A stretch of 40,384 nt of DNA, from IMG/VR virus record IMGVR_UViG_2718218168_000007, positions 1 through 40,384 of that record; one strand, given 5' to 3'. Source of the DNA: a virus (taxonomy: Duplodnaviria > Heunggongvirae > Uroviricota > Caudoviricetes). The notes below the pieces were generated by a model that had not been told where the DNA came from, did no database searches, and was given only the letters and a program-made list of their open reading frames with translations. Made by a program: the position numbers and the translations under genes. Positions 10,370-19,931 of the stretch are shown here, in pieces. Positions within the stretch are counted from its first letter, which is position 1. Every line of letters begins with the position of its first letter.

Positions 10370-12202
10370 CTACCAAAATCGGGTATAGCCAACATCGTGA
10401 TTTATATCAATGCCACTGGAGCGTGTTTCCGTAACCCGCATACCTGGTGGCATATTTATAAATGATACCTTGATCTCACCATCAACTTTTGGCGCGGTAG
10501 CTTTATTAATCATGAAGGGATTCGAGCCTGTGGCATCGGAGGCGTTGTTTGCCTGAGCCGGATCCACCGCCGGATAAGGAGTGTATCCCCGTGCCGGTAT
10601 TCCCGTCCCATAAGCATCATAAGCACCCGCGCCCCACTGCGCAGAGTTAATGGCATCGACCGTGTCACCGGAACTGTCGGTAAACCACTCAATAATTGGC
10701 TTCAGCTTGTCCCACATATCCTGAAACCACTTAACAACCGGCCCCCAGTTATTGATCACCATCCCCATCGGCGACCAGGCAAAAACTTTCTTAAGGAGTT
10801 CCCAGCCAGCCTCAAAATAAGGACCAATGGTTTCCCAGAGCTTCTTGAAATAAGGTCCGACAACATCCCAGTTAGTGATAATTAATCCCGCAGCCAGGGC
10901 TATCGCCGTCGCAATCATGCCAATCGGCGTCATCGACATGATCCTGCTGACAATGCTGATGGCACTGCCCACGCCCATCAATCCCAGTTTCAGAATCGCA
11001 AGACCGGCAGCAAGCCCGACGACGCCGCGAATAACCCGGGGATTTTCATCCGCAAACTTCGTGAATTTTTCCCCCAACTCCCCCAGCCATTGCGTGATAT
11101 TTTTGGCGTCACCAGAAAATGCGCCGCCAATAGCCGCAAGGCCGTTAGTTGCGGTCCCCGTCATTGCCTCCCACAGGTTGGACAGCGTACCAAGCTGTGC
11201 CTGAACACGTTTATTCAGGCTGGCCTGTTTATTCATCTTTTGCTGGATCTGATCGTAACCATCCTTTCCTTTATCGATCAGCGCATTGACCACCTGAAGG
11301 GTTTCGGCATCATCACCAAATATTGCCTTAAGTACACCTGTTCGCTTAACGTCGGTAAGTTTTCGCAGCTTTGCCAGTTGCTTAAACATGTTATCAAGAC
11401 CGCCAAAACTTCCTTTGCCGTCAGTAAAATCGAGCTGTACCCCGAGTTTCTGACGGGCCATAACTTTATTGACGTCCCTGATTTTCTTAACGCTTAATCC
11501 GGACTGGATAACTTTTCGCAGGGCATTACCTGCCGACTCCCCGTTCATCCCCATCTGATCCATCATGACGCTGATGGGGGCAAGGCTCTGTGCAGCCTGA
11601 AGACCGTCCTTGTTCACCATCTTCAGAACAGAACTGGTTTTAGTGAAGAAGGACAACATGTTGGTATCGTCAACGCCCAGATAAAACGCCTTCTGGATAG
11701 TGTCGAACAGCCCCATCATGTCTTCTGACGCCGTTCCGGTAGCATCCTGCATCTTTGCAGCAAACTCAGCAGCCGCTTCCGGTGTTTTTTTCAGTTGTAC
11801 CGCAAGATAAGCTGTCGCTTTACCCACACCACCAAGAATGTTTTCTGCCGGGATCCCCTGACGCACCAGCATCTGCATCATGTTCTGGAAATCAGCCGTT
11901 GTACCGGGTAGCTGGTTACCCAGGCCAATAGCCAGTTTATTGATGTCCTGAAAGCTCTTTCCGACCTCGCCGTTCGCATCCATCATGGCGACTTTCAGCC
12001 CGGTGGCGGCGTTTTCCTGATCGGCATAAGATTTCAGGGAAAGCGTCAGACCCGCTGCCAGTCCGCCACCAAGCGCCAGCCCACCCTGTGATGCTTCTTC
12101 CGCCTGGCGTTTAAATCCCCGGATTTTCTTTTGCATTTTCGACAGCGCGGGAGAAAGTCTGTCGACACCGGTGATCAACGCCTTAAGCTCAAATTCAGCC
12201 AT
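10370..12202 (-). CDS. Tail tape measure protein
   Basis: 610-aa product with Ala/Gly-rich helical N-terminus and a hydrophobic central segment; directly downstream of the chaperone pair. Confidence 0.85.
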   Translation of the reverse strand: MAEFELKALITGVDRLSPALSKMQKKIRGFKRQAEEASQGGLALGGGLAAGLTLSLKSYADQENAATGLKVAMMDANGEVGKSFQDINKLAIGLGNQLPGTTADFQNMMQMLVRQGIPAENILGGVGKATAYLAVQLKKTPEAAAEFAAKMQDATGTASEDMMGLFDTIQKAFYLGVDDTNMLSFFTKTSSVLKMVNKDGLQAAQSLAPISVMMDQMGMNGESAGNALRKVIQSGLSVKKIRDVNKVMARQKLGVQLDFTDGKGSFGGLDNMFKQLAKLRKLTDVKRTGVLKAIFGDDAETLQVVNALIDKGKDGYDQIQQKMNKQASLNKRVQAQLGTLSNLWEAMTGTATNGLAAIGGAFSGDAKNITQWLGELGEKFTKFADENPRVIRGVVGLAAGLAILKLGLMGVGSAISIVSRIMSMTPIGMIATAIALAAGLIITNWDVVGPYFKKLWETIGPYFEAGWELLKKVFAWSPMGMVINNWGPVVKWFQDMWDKLKPIIEWFTDSSGDTVDAINSAQWGAGAYDAYGTGIPARGYTPYPAVDPAQANNASDATGSNPFMINKATAPKVDGEIKVSFINMPPGMRVTETRSSGIDINHDVGYTRFW

Positions 12203-12343
12203 GTGTGCGTTTCTCCTGCTCTATCCTGTTTGCCTGACTGACCAGCAAGGGAATTTCACTGATCGGCATATTCAGCAATTCGAAGGGATTAATGCGCCAG
12301 TAACTGGCGCAGTCAAAGAAGCGATCAGTGAGGTATTCAGCCG

Positions 12344-12613
12344 TCAGGCCTGGAGGAAAAAACCGGCCACAAGCCACGCCGCTGCATTCAGGTCTGCCGG
12401 AGACATCTGGTCGACAGAGCTTTGCGGCACTTTCGCCAGCCGCACAATGTATTTCGACACCACATGCGCCAGAAGTCTGACGGACTCATCCTGATTCATC
12501 TGGTAGGGATACCCCAGCTCGCGGACATCCTTCCCGGTGGGTTCATCAAACTCCAGTACGGAAAGTGTCTCACCATGAGCGATAATCGGTTTCTTTAACT
12601 CAAGCTCTTTCAT
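12344..12613 (-). CDS. Tail assembly chaperone (Mu gp41 / P2 gpE-like), probable frameshift partner 12195-12377
   Basis: 89-aa ORF followed by an overlapping 60-aa ORF in another frame, immediately upstream of the tape measure gene: the canonical G/GT arrangement. Confidence 0.65.
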   Translation of the reverse strand: MKELELKKPIIAHGETLSVLEFDEPTGKDVRELGYPYQMNQDESVRLLAHVVSKYIVRLAKVPQSSVDQMSPADLNAAAWLVAGFFLQA

Positions 12614-12969
12614 TACTGGTAATCCCCTTCTTCACCGTGGAACTCAAGATCAACCGTGCCTTCTTCGGCATTATGGTTCGCTTCGCCGTGCAGCCAGGAG
12701 GACGACAATACATAGACCTGACCGTTCGCCAGCTCGGCAGTGATGGTCATCTCATCAGACGAGGTGATTTTGCTCACCGGAAAATTCTTCGGCACCTTGA
12801 AGGTCCCTTTGACATAAGGCGCACGGTGAGTTTCCTTGCGGTCCACTGAACCGTCCAGGCCGATGATGTCATCATTGACCGTCCTGTTCATGGGCACCTC
12901 AATGCCGCCGGTCAGCGATAGCTGCTGACCGTCAATTTTGAAATAACAGGTTCCCCCGATACGGGCCAT
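12613..12969 (-). CDS. Tail tube protein (Mu gpM-like)
   Basis: 118-aa product immediately downstream of the sheath gene. Confidence 0.75.
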   Translation of the reverse strand: MARIGGTCYFKIDGQQLSLTGGIEVPMNRTVNDDIIGLDGSVDRKETHRAPYVKGTFKVPKNFPVSKITSSDEMTITAELANGQVYVLSSSWLHGEANHNAEEGTVDLEFHGEEGDYQ

Positions 12970-14465
12970 TATGCGGACTCCTCTGAATACTGAAGACGGA
13001 ACTGGTTAACCACGGCAAAGACACGCAACTGGTTAACATAGTCAGGCGGGAACAGCGTGTTCAGGCGGTTCGGATCGCTGGCATCACGCTCCACAACCAG
13101 GTACTGCTTAAACAGTTCGTAGTTTTCCACGATCCCCGCACGCTCAAGCTGACGGTAGGTTGCCAGCAGTTCCCCTTTGATCACCGCCGGTGTGACAATC
13201 GCCTGACCGGGACCAAAGCGGGTACCGTCGCTGGCAAGCTTGTGACGCCCGTACTTACTGGTAATGACGGATTTCAGTTTGCGCAGCACATACGCGCTGG
13301 TATGCAGCGTCTCGCTGTCGAGGTAGCTGTTATCCGCAACACCGTAAGCGTTTTTCCTGTACGTGGTGACATCACGCTGAATGCGCAGCACCCCGCTTTC
13401 GACATACGCCGTTGCCACGCCATGAGACAGCAGGGTCTGTTGTTCGGTCATCGTGAACCGTTTCCCCTTCGGCGCAGGCAGCATCCCCACCAGCTCACCG
13501 GTCTGCGTGGGACGTGCCGGATCGTTGCGAATAAACACCGCTGCGCGGGCGGTACGGCTTGCCGCCAGCTCGTCGGCAGGCGTCTGGGTCTCTTTTTCGT
13601 ATCCCGCCAGGGTAATGTGCTGCTGGTTAAACTGGTCACCTGCGGTCACCAGTTCTGACAGCGTGCCGATCTTTGCCGTATACACATGACCATACAGCTG
13701 ACGCGCATAGCTCCAGCGACCGCTGGTATCGTTCATCTCGGTCACCAGCGTGTTAACGGAGGCCGTGTCGTTGAACGGCAGGCCGATATAATCAAACGGC
13801 TCATCCGCCATTGCAGCCACCGCGCCGGTGAGAACAGGAGCGCCCGTTCCGGCGGTACCCGTCGCCACGGCAATCTGTACGCCCGCTGGCAGCACTTCGC
13901 CCCCACCAAAGCCGTAGTAATTGAGGCTGACAGGAATTTCATTCCCGCAAAGCCCCTTATGACGCGCGGTCAGTGTGACCACGCCTGCCGAAGATGAGGC
14001 AGTAAACGGCAGGGTCGGAACGGCATTGATGGCATCCTGGATACTGCTGGCAATCGTCGCAACGTTATCGCCGTTGGTCACCGGTGCCTGCACGCGGGTA
14101 CGTCCCACATAAACATTCACCGTGCCGGTTTCGGTTGCCGCGCCGGTCACCGTCAGCGTAACCGTTGCCGCCGCGCCCGTGGATTCAGGAACGGCAATCA
14201 CATACAGCTCGCCAAACGGGTCGGTCTGGCGATAAGCCTCAACCATACGCGCCAGCTGACTTCCCGCACCACAAATCTGGCGTGCATAGTCTGCCGACGG
14301 CATCAGTACCAGACTGTTGGCAACAATCTCTGCACCGTTATTGGCATGACCAATCAGCAGCGATGCTCCGCTGTCCTGTGCAGTATTCGCAGCCTGGTTA
14401 TCCATTTCCGCATAAAACAGCGGAACCAGCGTATTCGACGGAATGGTGTTAAAGCTTATCGTCAT
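12969..14465 (-). CDS. Contractile tail sheath protein (Mu gpL-like)
   Basis: 498-aa product in a sheath-tube-chaperone-tape measure order. Confidence 0.85.
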   Translation of the reverse strand: MTISFNTIPSNTLVPLFYAEMDNQAANTAQDSGASLLIGHANNGAEIVANSLVLMPSADYARQICGAGSQLARMVEAYRQTDPFGELYVIAVPESTGAAATVTLTVTGAATETGTVNVYVGRTRVQAPVTNGDNVATIASSIQDAINAVPTLPFTASSSAGVVTLTARHKGLCGNEIPVSLNYYGFGGGEVLPAGVQIAVATGTAGTGAPVLTGAVAAMADEPFDYIGLPFNDTASVNTLVTEMNDTSGRWSYARQLYGHVYTAKIGTLSELVTAGDQFNQQHITLAGYEKETQTPADELAASRTARAAVFIRNDPARPTQTGELVGMLPAPKGKRFTMTEQQTLLSHGVATAYVESGVLRIQRDVTTYRKNAYGVADNSYLDSETLHTSAYVLRKLKSVITSKYGRHKLASDGTRFGPGQAIVTPAVIKGELLATYRQLERAGIVENYELFKQYLVVERDASDPNRLNTLFPPDYVNQLRVFAVVNQFRLQYSEESA

Positions 14466-14619
14466 CGGTGTTCACCTTTTTATTCACGCGCCGGATATCA
14501 CCCGCTGCTTCACGGCGCAGCCAGTAGTTGTTCTCATCAACATTTCGCCCTTCGGCGGGCAAAAGGTCGCCGCGGGCAGGATCAGGAACTGACCGCCCTT
14601 TAACAGGTTTGACAAACAT
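14449..14619 (-). CDS. Small Mu-like protein (DUF2635-like), not in the ORF track
   Basis: My own translation gives a 56-aa ORF, MFVKPVKGRSVPDPARGDLLPAEGRNVDENNYWLRREAAGDIRRV..., whose stop overlaps the sheath start; matches the small conserved gene before the sheath in Mu-like tails. Confidence 0.5.
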   Translation of the reverse strand: MFVKPVKGRSVPDPARGDLLPAEGRNVDENNYWLRREAAGDIRRVNKKVNTDDDKL

Positions 14620-14627
14620 GAGGATCC

Positions 14628-15188
14628 TCAGGAAGGAAGGGTTATTTCGGTGTGATGTTCGATATCGCCGTCAGGCCCGTTACCGGGCTCGAGATAATCA
14701 ACATCAATCGCCAGCGTTTGCAGTTCATCCAGACTGTTCAGATCATCCTGCTGGCGGGTATCGTCTTCAGTCAGCTCGCTGATGACCGAAAAATCGAACT
14801 GATAAATCAGCTCATGACGATTCAGATCCAGCAGCGTGCCGCCGTCATAGGTAATCGGGTTACCGCACGCCTCCGGGTTCCAGCCCAGCAGAGCCTTAAA
14901 GAGCATCTGCCGGACATCGTCCACCACATCATACGAGGCAAACTGACCGCGCTCATCACGCCCGTTACTCAGTATGACAACCACGGAGAAACCCTCTTTC
15001 AGCTCCTGCCAGTAGTCGGTCTGGCTTTTGTTTTCTCCCGGAGAATCATCACCCGGTACCACATACGCCGCCGGGAGTCTCAGCTTTCCGACCTCCGGCA
15101 GATTTTTGAACTGTGCCGCGCCTGCCACCCGGTTTTCAAAATACGGGCAGCGGGCACGCAGCGCAGCAATAACAGGCGTCAGTTTCAT
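14628..15188 (-). CDS. Mu gp37-like virion protein (DUF1834 family)
   Basis: 186-aa product at the conserved position upstream of the sheath cluster. Confidence 0.6.
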   Translation of the reverse strand: MKLTPVIAALRARCPYFENRVAGAAQFKNLPEVGKLRLPAAYVVPGDDSPGENKSQTDYWQELKEGFSVVVILSNGRDERGQFASYDVVDDVRQMLFKALLGWNPEACGNPITYDGGTLLDLNRHELIYQFDFSVISELTEDDTRQQDDLNSLDELQTLAIDVDYLEPGNGPDGDIEHHTEITLPS

Positions 15189-15691
15189 CTGTGTCGTCGC
15201 TCCGGCTTCAGTGATTTACGCAATTCCCGCGCCAGAAAATAGCGTGTCCAGCTGCGGTTCTTTTCAAGCGTTTCCACCATAAAGTTATTACGTGGAGCCA
15301 GTCGCCAGCCGCTGCCACCGGATGCACCACGATGATGGCTGCGACGACGCTTTGCTCCTCCCCGGACACCAAAAAACAGAAACGCCGGATAGAAGTCACC
15401 AGAGATCATCCGGTTCCCCTTCCCGTTGCGCTGGTTAGGGGCAATGCGTGTCATAAAACCGGCTCGCTTTTTACTGGCTCTCGGCACCATGTAACCAATC
15501 GAACGAGCCAGCCGTCCGGTCTGATAACCGGGGTTTTCACCCGGTGCCGACCGCGCACGGCGCATCACCAGCCGACGGGCATCACGCATATGACGCTGCC
15601 CAATCGTGACAAACGCCCGCCGGACACGGGCACGGTTAAAGCGCATCTCCGCGGGCTGCTGAACATCAACGTGAAAAAAGGGAGTCGCCAT
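15185..15691 (-). CDS. Virion morphogenesis / tail completion protein (Mu gp36 or HK97 gp10-like)
   Basis: 168-aa very Arg-rich product between the head-closure and tail genes; assignment by position and composition only. Confidence 0.45.
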   Translation of the reverse strand: MATPFFHVDVQQPAEMRFNRARVRRAFVTIGQRHMRDARRLVMRRARSAPGENPGYQTGRLARSIGYMVPRASKKRAGFMTRIAPNQRNGKGNRMISGDFYPAFLFFGVRGGAKRRRSHHRGASGGSGWRLAPRNNFMVETLEKNRSWTRYFLARELRKSLKPERRHR

Positions 15692-16076
15692 TGCTGCCTC
15701 CGTGACTCTGCGTAAATTCGCCCAGTTCCGTACACTCCAGCAGCAGAAAGCGCCGCGCCCCGTTCAGATCGCGCTGACGTTTCACCCGGTACACACTGTC
15801 ACCGCAGACCACCTCATAATCAGCGGTGATCCCCCGGCGGTAGCGAATGGTGATGTAATGGGTGATGGCGTCCCCGGTCTGCGCGGTTTCCTGCCAGGTG
15901 GTGGCACTGGTCTGGATAACCTTCGCCCATGTCCGGAACGTAACCGGGTATTGAGACTCCACGCCAAAGTTATCCGCGGGCATATCCACCCGCTGGCGGA
16001 TCAGGACGCGTTTATTCAGTTCACCGGGGTCCGGCAGAATGTAGGTTGCGCTGGTCTGCGCCTGACGAATTTTCAT
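15666..16076 (-). CDS. Head closure / head-tail joining protein
   Basis: 136-aa product downstream of the connector-like gene in an HK97-like head module. Confidence 0.55.
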   Translation of the reverse strand: MKIRQAQTSATYILPDPGELNKRVLIRQRVDMPADNFGVESQYPVTFRTWAKVIQTSATTWQETAQTGDAITHYITIRYRRGITADYEVVCGDSVYRVKRQRDLNGARRFLLLECTELGEFTQSHGGSNGDSLFSR

Positions 16077-16396
16077 TGCGGAAAGTACCTGTACGGGCCG
16101 ACAAGCCAGCCAAAACTCTGCGGCATGTCGAGTTTCTCCACTTCCGTAACCGACGAGCGGTTTTCGTAAAAATGGCTGATAAGCATCAGCATCCCCAGAC
16201 GAATATCATCCGGCAGGTGCAGCCCGTCCGGATCGCTGTCCGGAATGGTTTCATCCGGTGCATAGAGCTTCCGGTTCAGATACGTTTCCGTCCGCTTTTG
16301 CGCCGCACAGGCCAGCAGTTGCAGATGGCGGTCATCAGCATCGAAATCCTCATCCAGCCGGAGTTGGGCTTTAATCTCTTCCATTGTCAGAAGCAT
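16073..16396 (-). CDS. Head-tail connector (gp6-like DNA packaging protein)
   Basis: 107-aa product; N-terminus MLLTMEEIKAQLRLDEDFDADD resembles gp6-type head-tail adaptors. Confidence 0.6.
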   Translation of the reverse strand: MLLTMEEIKAQLRLDEDFDADDRHLQLLACAAQKRTETYLNRKLYAPDETIPDSDPDGLHLPDDIRLGMLMLISHFYENRSSVTEVEKLDMPQSFGWLVGPYRYFPQ

Positions 16397-16398
16397 AC

Positions 16399-16599
16399 TC
16401 AGCCCTCTTTACTGGTCGTGGCTTTTTTCTCTTTTGCCGCTTTACTGCTTTTTGCACTGGTTCCGCGCTCTGCTAACCCGGCCTGAAGTGCAATCTCCTG
16501 CACCCGGGCAGGAAGCGCCCCGTCGTCATACTCACCGGCCCGAATGACCTCAACACGCATACCGTCCGGTGACCATTTCAGATCTTGTTTCAGGATCAT
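16399..16599 (-). CDS. Small hypothetical head-module protein
   Basis: 66-aa ORF with a Lys/Ala-rich tail, packed between the capsid and connector genes. Confidence 0.4.
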   Translation of the reverse strand: MILKQDLKWSPDGMRVEVIRAGEYDDGALPARVQEIALQAGLAERGTSAKSSKAAKEKKATTSKEG

Positions 16600-16648
16600 G
16601 ATTCTTCACCCGTCAGAACAGGGGGCGCGGTTCCGCGCCCCTGAATGA

Positions 16649-17854
16649 TTACGCCGCAGCAATCTTCAGCAGTTTGATGGCCTGCGAATCGACCAGCATC
16701 CCGCCGGTGCGCTTGGTGGTATAAAAACCGACAAACGGTTTATTGGTGTACGGGTCACGCAGAATGCGGGTGCCGATACGGTCAACGATGGTGTAACCCC
16801 GTTTGAAGTTACCAAATGCAATGGCTTTCGCATCAGCGGCGATATCCGGCATCTGTTCGTTTTCAGCGATACCGTAACCCGCCAGAGAGGACGGCTGCCC
16901 CAGTTCCAGCCCCGGACGCCACAGATAGTTACCCTCGGTGTCTTTCAGCAGACGGATGGCAAACAGGCTGTTGTTGTTCATCATGAACTTCGCGCCAGTT
17001 CGGTGTGCCTTACGCAGCGTGTAAATCAGTTTGATAATGGCGTCTGCGGTCACCGCAGTCGCGTCGCCGGATACAATATGCTGAAGTTTGCCGAACGCCC
17101 GGACCTTGTCGGTTTCATCAGTGGATTCATACGCCAGGAACCCTTTCGGCTTCTTGGTGCCATCGCCTGAGGTAAAGGCAATTTCTTCCTGTTCGGCAAA
17201 TTCGGTTGCCAGCTCGCTGTTGATCCAGGCCTCCACGTTGAAGAAGGCATCGTCCAGCATTTTCTGGGTAGCCTGCGGGTTGCCGTAAATTTCCCCCATG
17301 AGAGGTTCAATCAGCTCCAGTCTGGAGGTGGCAGTCTGGGATCGCGTATCCGTTTCCCCCACCCATCCGGAAGCCGTACCGCCCAGATTCACCAGTTTTT
17401 TGTAGTCGGAACCGCCAACGGTGATCACCGTGGCTTCCTGACGCATCACCACTTCATCTTTCAGCAGGTTAAGAATGTTGCGATCCAGTTCTTCCGGCAC
17501 GGCGTAGCCACCGTCTTCATCGGTACCCACCTGCAATGCCTTACGCTCCAGATCGCGCAGACCGTCTTCACGGCCTTTACGCAGGAAGCCCACAAACGCC
17601 TCTTTATGCTCGGAGGCCAGTTTATTTTGCGCTCCACCAGCCGGACGTTTCAGCTCAAGCAGCTCTTTTTCAAGGTCGCTTTTGAGATTTTCCAGCTCGC
17701 TGAGTTTCCCGTTCAGGGTTTCCACCTGCCCGGCAAGCTTGCCTTTTTCCTGCTCAATCGCATCCACGCGCTTGTCGTTCTTTGCTTTGAAGTCGTCAAA
17801 CTTCTGCTGCAGCTCCTGCGCGACCTGTTCGACATCTTTAATATCAACCGCCAT
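16649..17854 (-). CDS. Major capsid protein, HK97 family
   Basis: 401-aa product with an N-terminal coiled-coil delta-like domain followed by an HK97-fold region. Confidence 0.85.
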   Translation of the reverse strand: MAVDIKDVEQVAQELQQKFDDFKAKNDKRVDAIEQEKGKLAGQVETLNGKLSELENLKSDLEKELLELKRPAGGAQNKLASEHKEAFVGFLRKGREDGLRDLERKALQVGTDEDGGYAVPEELDRNILNLLKDEVVMRQEATVITVGGSDYKKLVNLGGTASGWVGETDTRSQTATSRLELIEPLMGEIYGNPQATQKMLDDAFFNVEAWINSELATEFAEQEEIAFTSGDGTKKPKGFLAYESTDETDKVRAFGKLQHIVSGDATAVTADAIIKLIYTLRKAHRTGAKFMMNNNSLFAIRLLKDTEGNYLWRPGLELGQPSSLAGYGIAENEQMPDIAADAKAIAFGNFKRGYTIVDRIGTRILRDPYTNKPFVGFYTTKRTGGMLVDSQAIKLLKIAAA

Positions 17855-17868
17855 CGTATTTCTCCTGA

Positions 17869-18555
17869 TTAGAAGTTCAGATTTTTCAGTGCATTCAGTG
17901 CAGAGCCCACATCCTCAGCGTCGCGCAGGGACAGTGCGCCATAGCCCCCGGCCATGAATGCTTTGGCCTGGGTACGGGAGAGTCCGACATCACGCAGGAC
18001 TCTTTCGATTTTTTTCTGTTCGGGGATTTCCCCGCGGGCCAGTGCGTTCTTGACGTCGCTGATCCGCGCCTCGTCGTTAGACGGGAACGTCACCAGGCTG
18101 ACTTCCCAGAGGTCGATTTCTTTCAGCAGAAAGGCTTCTTTGCTCCGGTCGTATTCCCAGTCTTTCAGGACGTACCCAATAGAAAGGCCGGTTAACGAAC
18201 CGGCCTTCATGTGTGCATGTGCGCGTTTTGCGAGGGGATCATCATCAATAAGCAACCGTCCCCTGACGTAAAGCCCGACATCGTCTTCCTTCATTTCGGT
18301 GTAAACACCGATGGGTTCATCCATGCGGTGCTGCCAGAGCAGCGCAGGTAACGCTTTTCTGTCACTCCACGCCCGCAGGGAAGCAGCAAATGCCCCGGAC
18401 ATCACCACATCATCGTGGCTGTCCTTTACACCAAAGACGGAGCCATACCCTTCAAACTCACCGGAGTCACTGACAGATTTCAGACTCAGCGGTACATCAA
18501 GACGTTGTTTCGTCTGCATTGGCGTTATCCTTCTGCTTACCGGCTTTACTGCCAT
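17869..18555 (-). CDS. Prohead protease, HK97 family
   Basis: 228-aa product between the portal and capsid genes; overlaps the portal 3' end as is typical. Confidence 0.8.
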   Translation of the reverse strand: MAVKPVSRRITPMQTKQRLDVPLSLKSVSDSGEFEGYGSVFGVKDSHDDVVMSGAFAASLRAWSDRKALPALLWQHRMDEPIGVYTEMKEDDVGLYVRGRLLIDDDPLAKRAHAHMKAGSLTGLSIGYVLKDWEYDRSKEAFLLKEIDLWEVSLVTFPSNDEARISDVKNALARGEIPEQKKIERVLRDVGLSRTQAKAFMAGGYGALSLRDAEDVGSALNALKNLNF

Positions 18556-19738
18556 CGGAGGGTTTCGTGGTCATGTTCATCGGTGTGAGATAGACATCCC
18601 CACCGGGACGCGGATTCATATCTTCCAGGTCGCGGCAGTCATTGGGAGAGTAAATTCCCCAGTTGATCCCGGTGGCGTAGGCTTCAAAACGGGACTTCAT
18701 ATCCCCGCGCAGTAACGCCCCGGCGTTAAATTTGGCGTAATAAACGCCCTGCTTACTTTTTCGTACCAGTCCGGTGTTGATCCGCTGTTCGATGCGGGTC
18801 AGATACGGCACCAGTGAATAGTTGATAAATCCCAGCCCCAGCTCTTCGATATTGTTGAAGGTGGCGCGATCGGTGTTCTGCACCATGTGCAACGGTACCC
18901 GGAACAGACGACAGATTTCTTCAAGCTGAAACTTGCGGGTTTCCAGGAACTGGCTGTCCTCGGCGTTCAGCGCCATCGACTTCCAGTCCAGCCCCATCTC
19001 AAGGATCATCGGGCGGTGAGCATTACCAAGCCCGGTGTGACGCTCCTCAAAATCTTTCTTCAGGCGCTCATAAGCCTGATCCGACAGCGTCTGTTCTGTA
19101 CGCAACACACCGGACGTCACCGCGCCATTGCTGAACAGTCGGGCACCGTGCTCTTCAGTCGCTGCTGCCAGCGATATTGCCTCGCGGGCATAGGCGATGG
19201 GATTCAGTCCCACCAGACCGTCCAGCGTCAGCGTGCGCACATGCCAGATATCCTCCTGGGTCAGCACATCCGTGGAGCCATCCGGGAATGTGACCTGATA
19301 GACCGGCTCCCAGCTACTGTTAAGCTTCGGTACCACACAGCCGGGATCGACGGGCAGCAGTTCAGCCACTTCGCCAAATGCTTTCACTTTGTAGGCGTAA
19401 AAGTTTCCCCGCAGGCACAGACAGGTGACCACCAGCTCCCAGAACTCCTGCGGCGTCATATAGCCATTGGGATGCGTGGAAATCAGCTTATGCAGACGTT
19501 CGCCGGTGGCTCTCTGTTTCAGGTTGCCGTTCAGGTGATACAGGTTGCAGGGCAACATCCCGACCGACTCTGCCAGCACCCTGACGCAGGAAAAAACCGC
19601 CGTCAGTCGCATGGCCCGCTGACTGCTGATCTGCTTTCCGGTATAGGTGTCGTAGGACAGCCCGATAGCGTCCGCCAGCTCTGCTGGCGTGGTCACCGGT
19701 GCGTCACTTTTTCGTTGAAATAATCCCGAAAAGAACAC
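18497..19738 (-). CDS. Portal protein, HK97 family
   Basis: 413-aa product following the terminase large subunit. Confidence 0.85.
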   Translation of the reverse strand: MFFSGLFQRKSDAPVTTPAELADAIGLSYDTYTGKQISSQRAMRLTAVFSCVRVLAESVGMLPCNLYHLNGNLKQRATGERLHKLISTHPNGYMTPQEFWELVVTCLCLRGNFYAYKVKAFGEVAELLPVDPGCVVPKLNSSWEPVYQVTFPDGSTDVLTQEDIWHVRTLTLDGLVGLNPIAYAREAISLAAATEEHGARLFSNGAVTSGVLRTEQTLSDQAYERLKKDFEERHTGLGNAHRPMILEMGLDWKSMALNAEDSQFLETRKFQLEEICRLFRVPLHMVQNTDRATFNNIEELGLGFINYSLVPYLTRIEQRINTGLVRKSKQGVYYAKFNAGALLRGDMKSRFEAYATGINWGIYSPNDCRDLEDMNPRPGGDVYLTPMNMTTKPSDGSKAGKQKDNANADETTS

Positions 19739-19920
19739 TATTTACCTCCGCCGACAGACGACTGTGTACGGTCGAGATATCGCGCCACCAGCCACGACCA
19801 GAACAGGCACAACGCCCCGGCAACAACAAACCCCGCCGGGGGATAAATCAGCCAGGCACCATACGCCAGCAAAAGCGCCCCCAGCACGCCCACCAGAGGC
19901 GCGAGAATCAGCATGATCAT
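19738..19920 (-). CDS. Small predicted two-helix membrane protein between terminase and portal
   Basis: 60-aa [52 protein letters not shown] fills the terL-portal gap exactly. Confidence 0.45.
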
Positions 19921-19931
19921 AATTACCTCAG

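Noticed and set aside
13242-13658. 138-aa plus-strand ORF (and similar ORFs at 13453-13689, 13686-13997, 14165-14452)
   Set aside because: Antisense inside the tail sheath gene; Arg-rich translation typical of out-of-frame GC-rich sequence.
18887-19723. 278-aa plus-strand ORF
   Set aside because: Lies entirely antisense within the strongly supported portal gene; GC-rich phage DNA often gives long spurious antisense ORFs; no start context.
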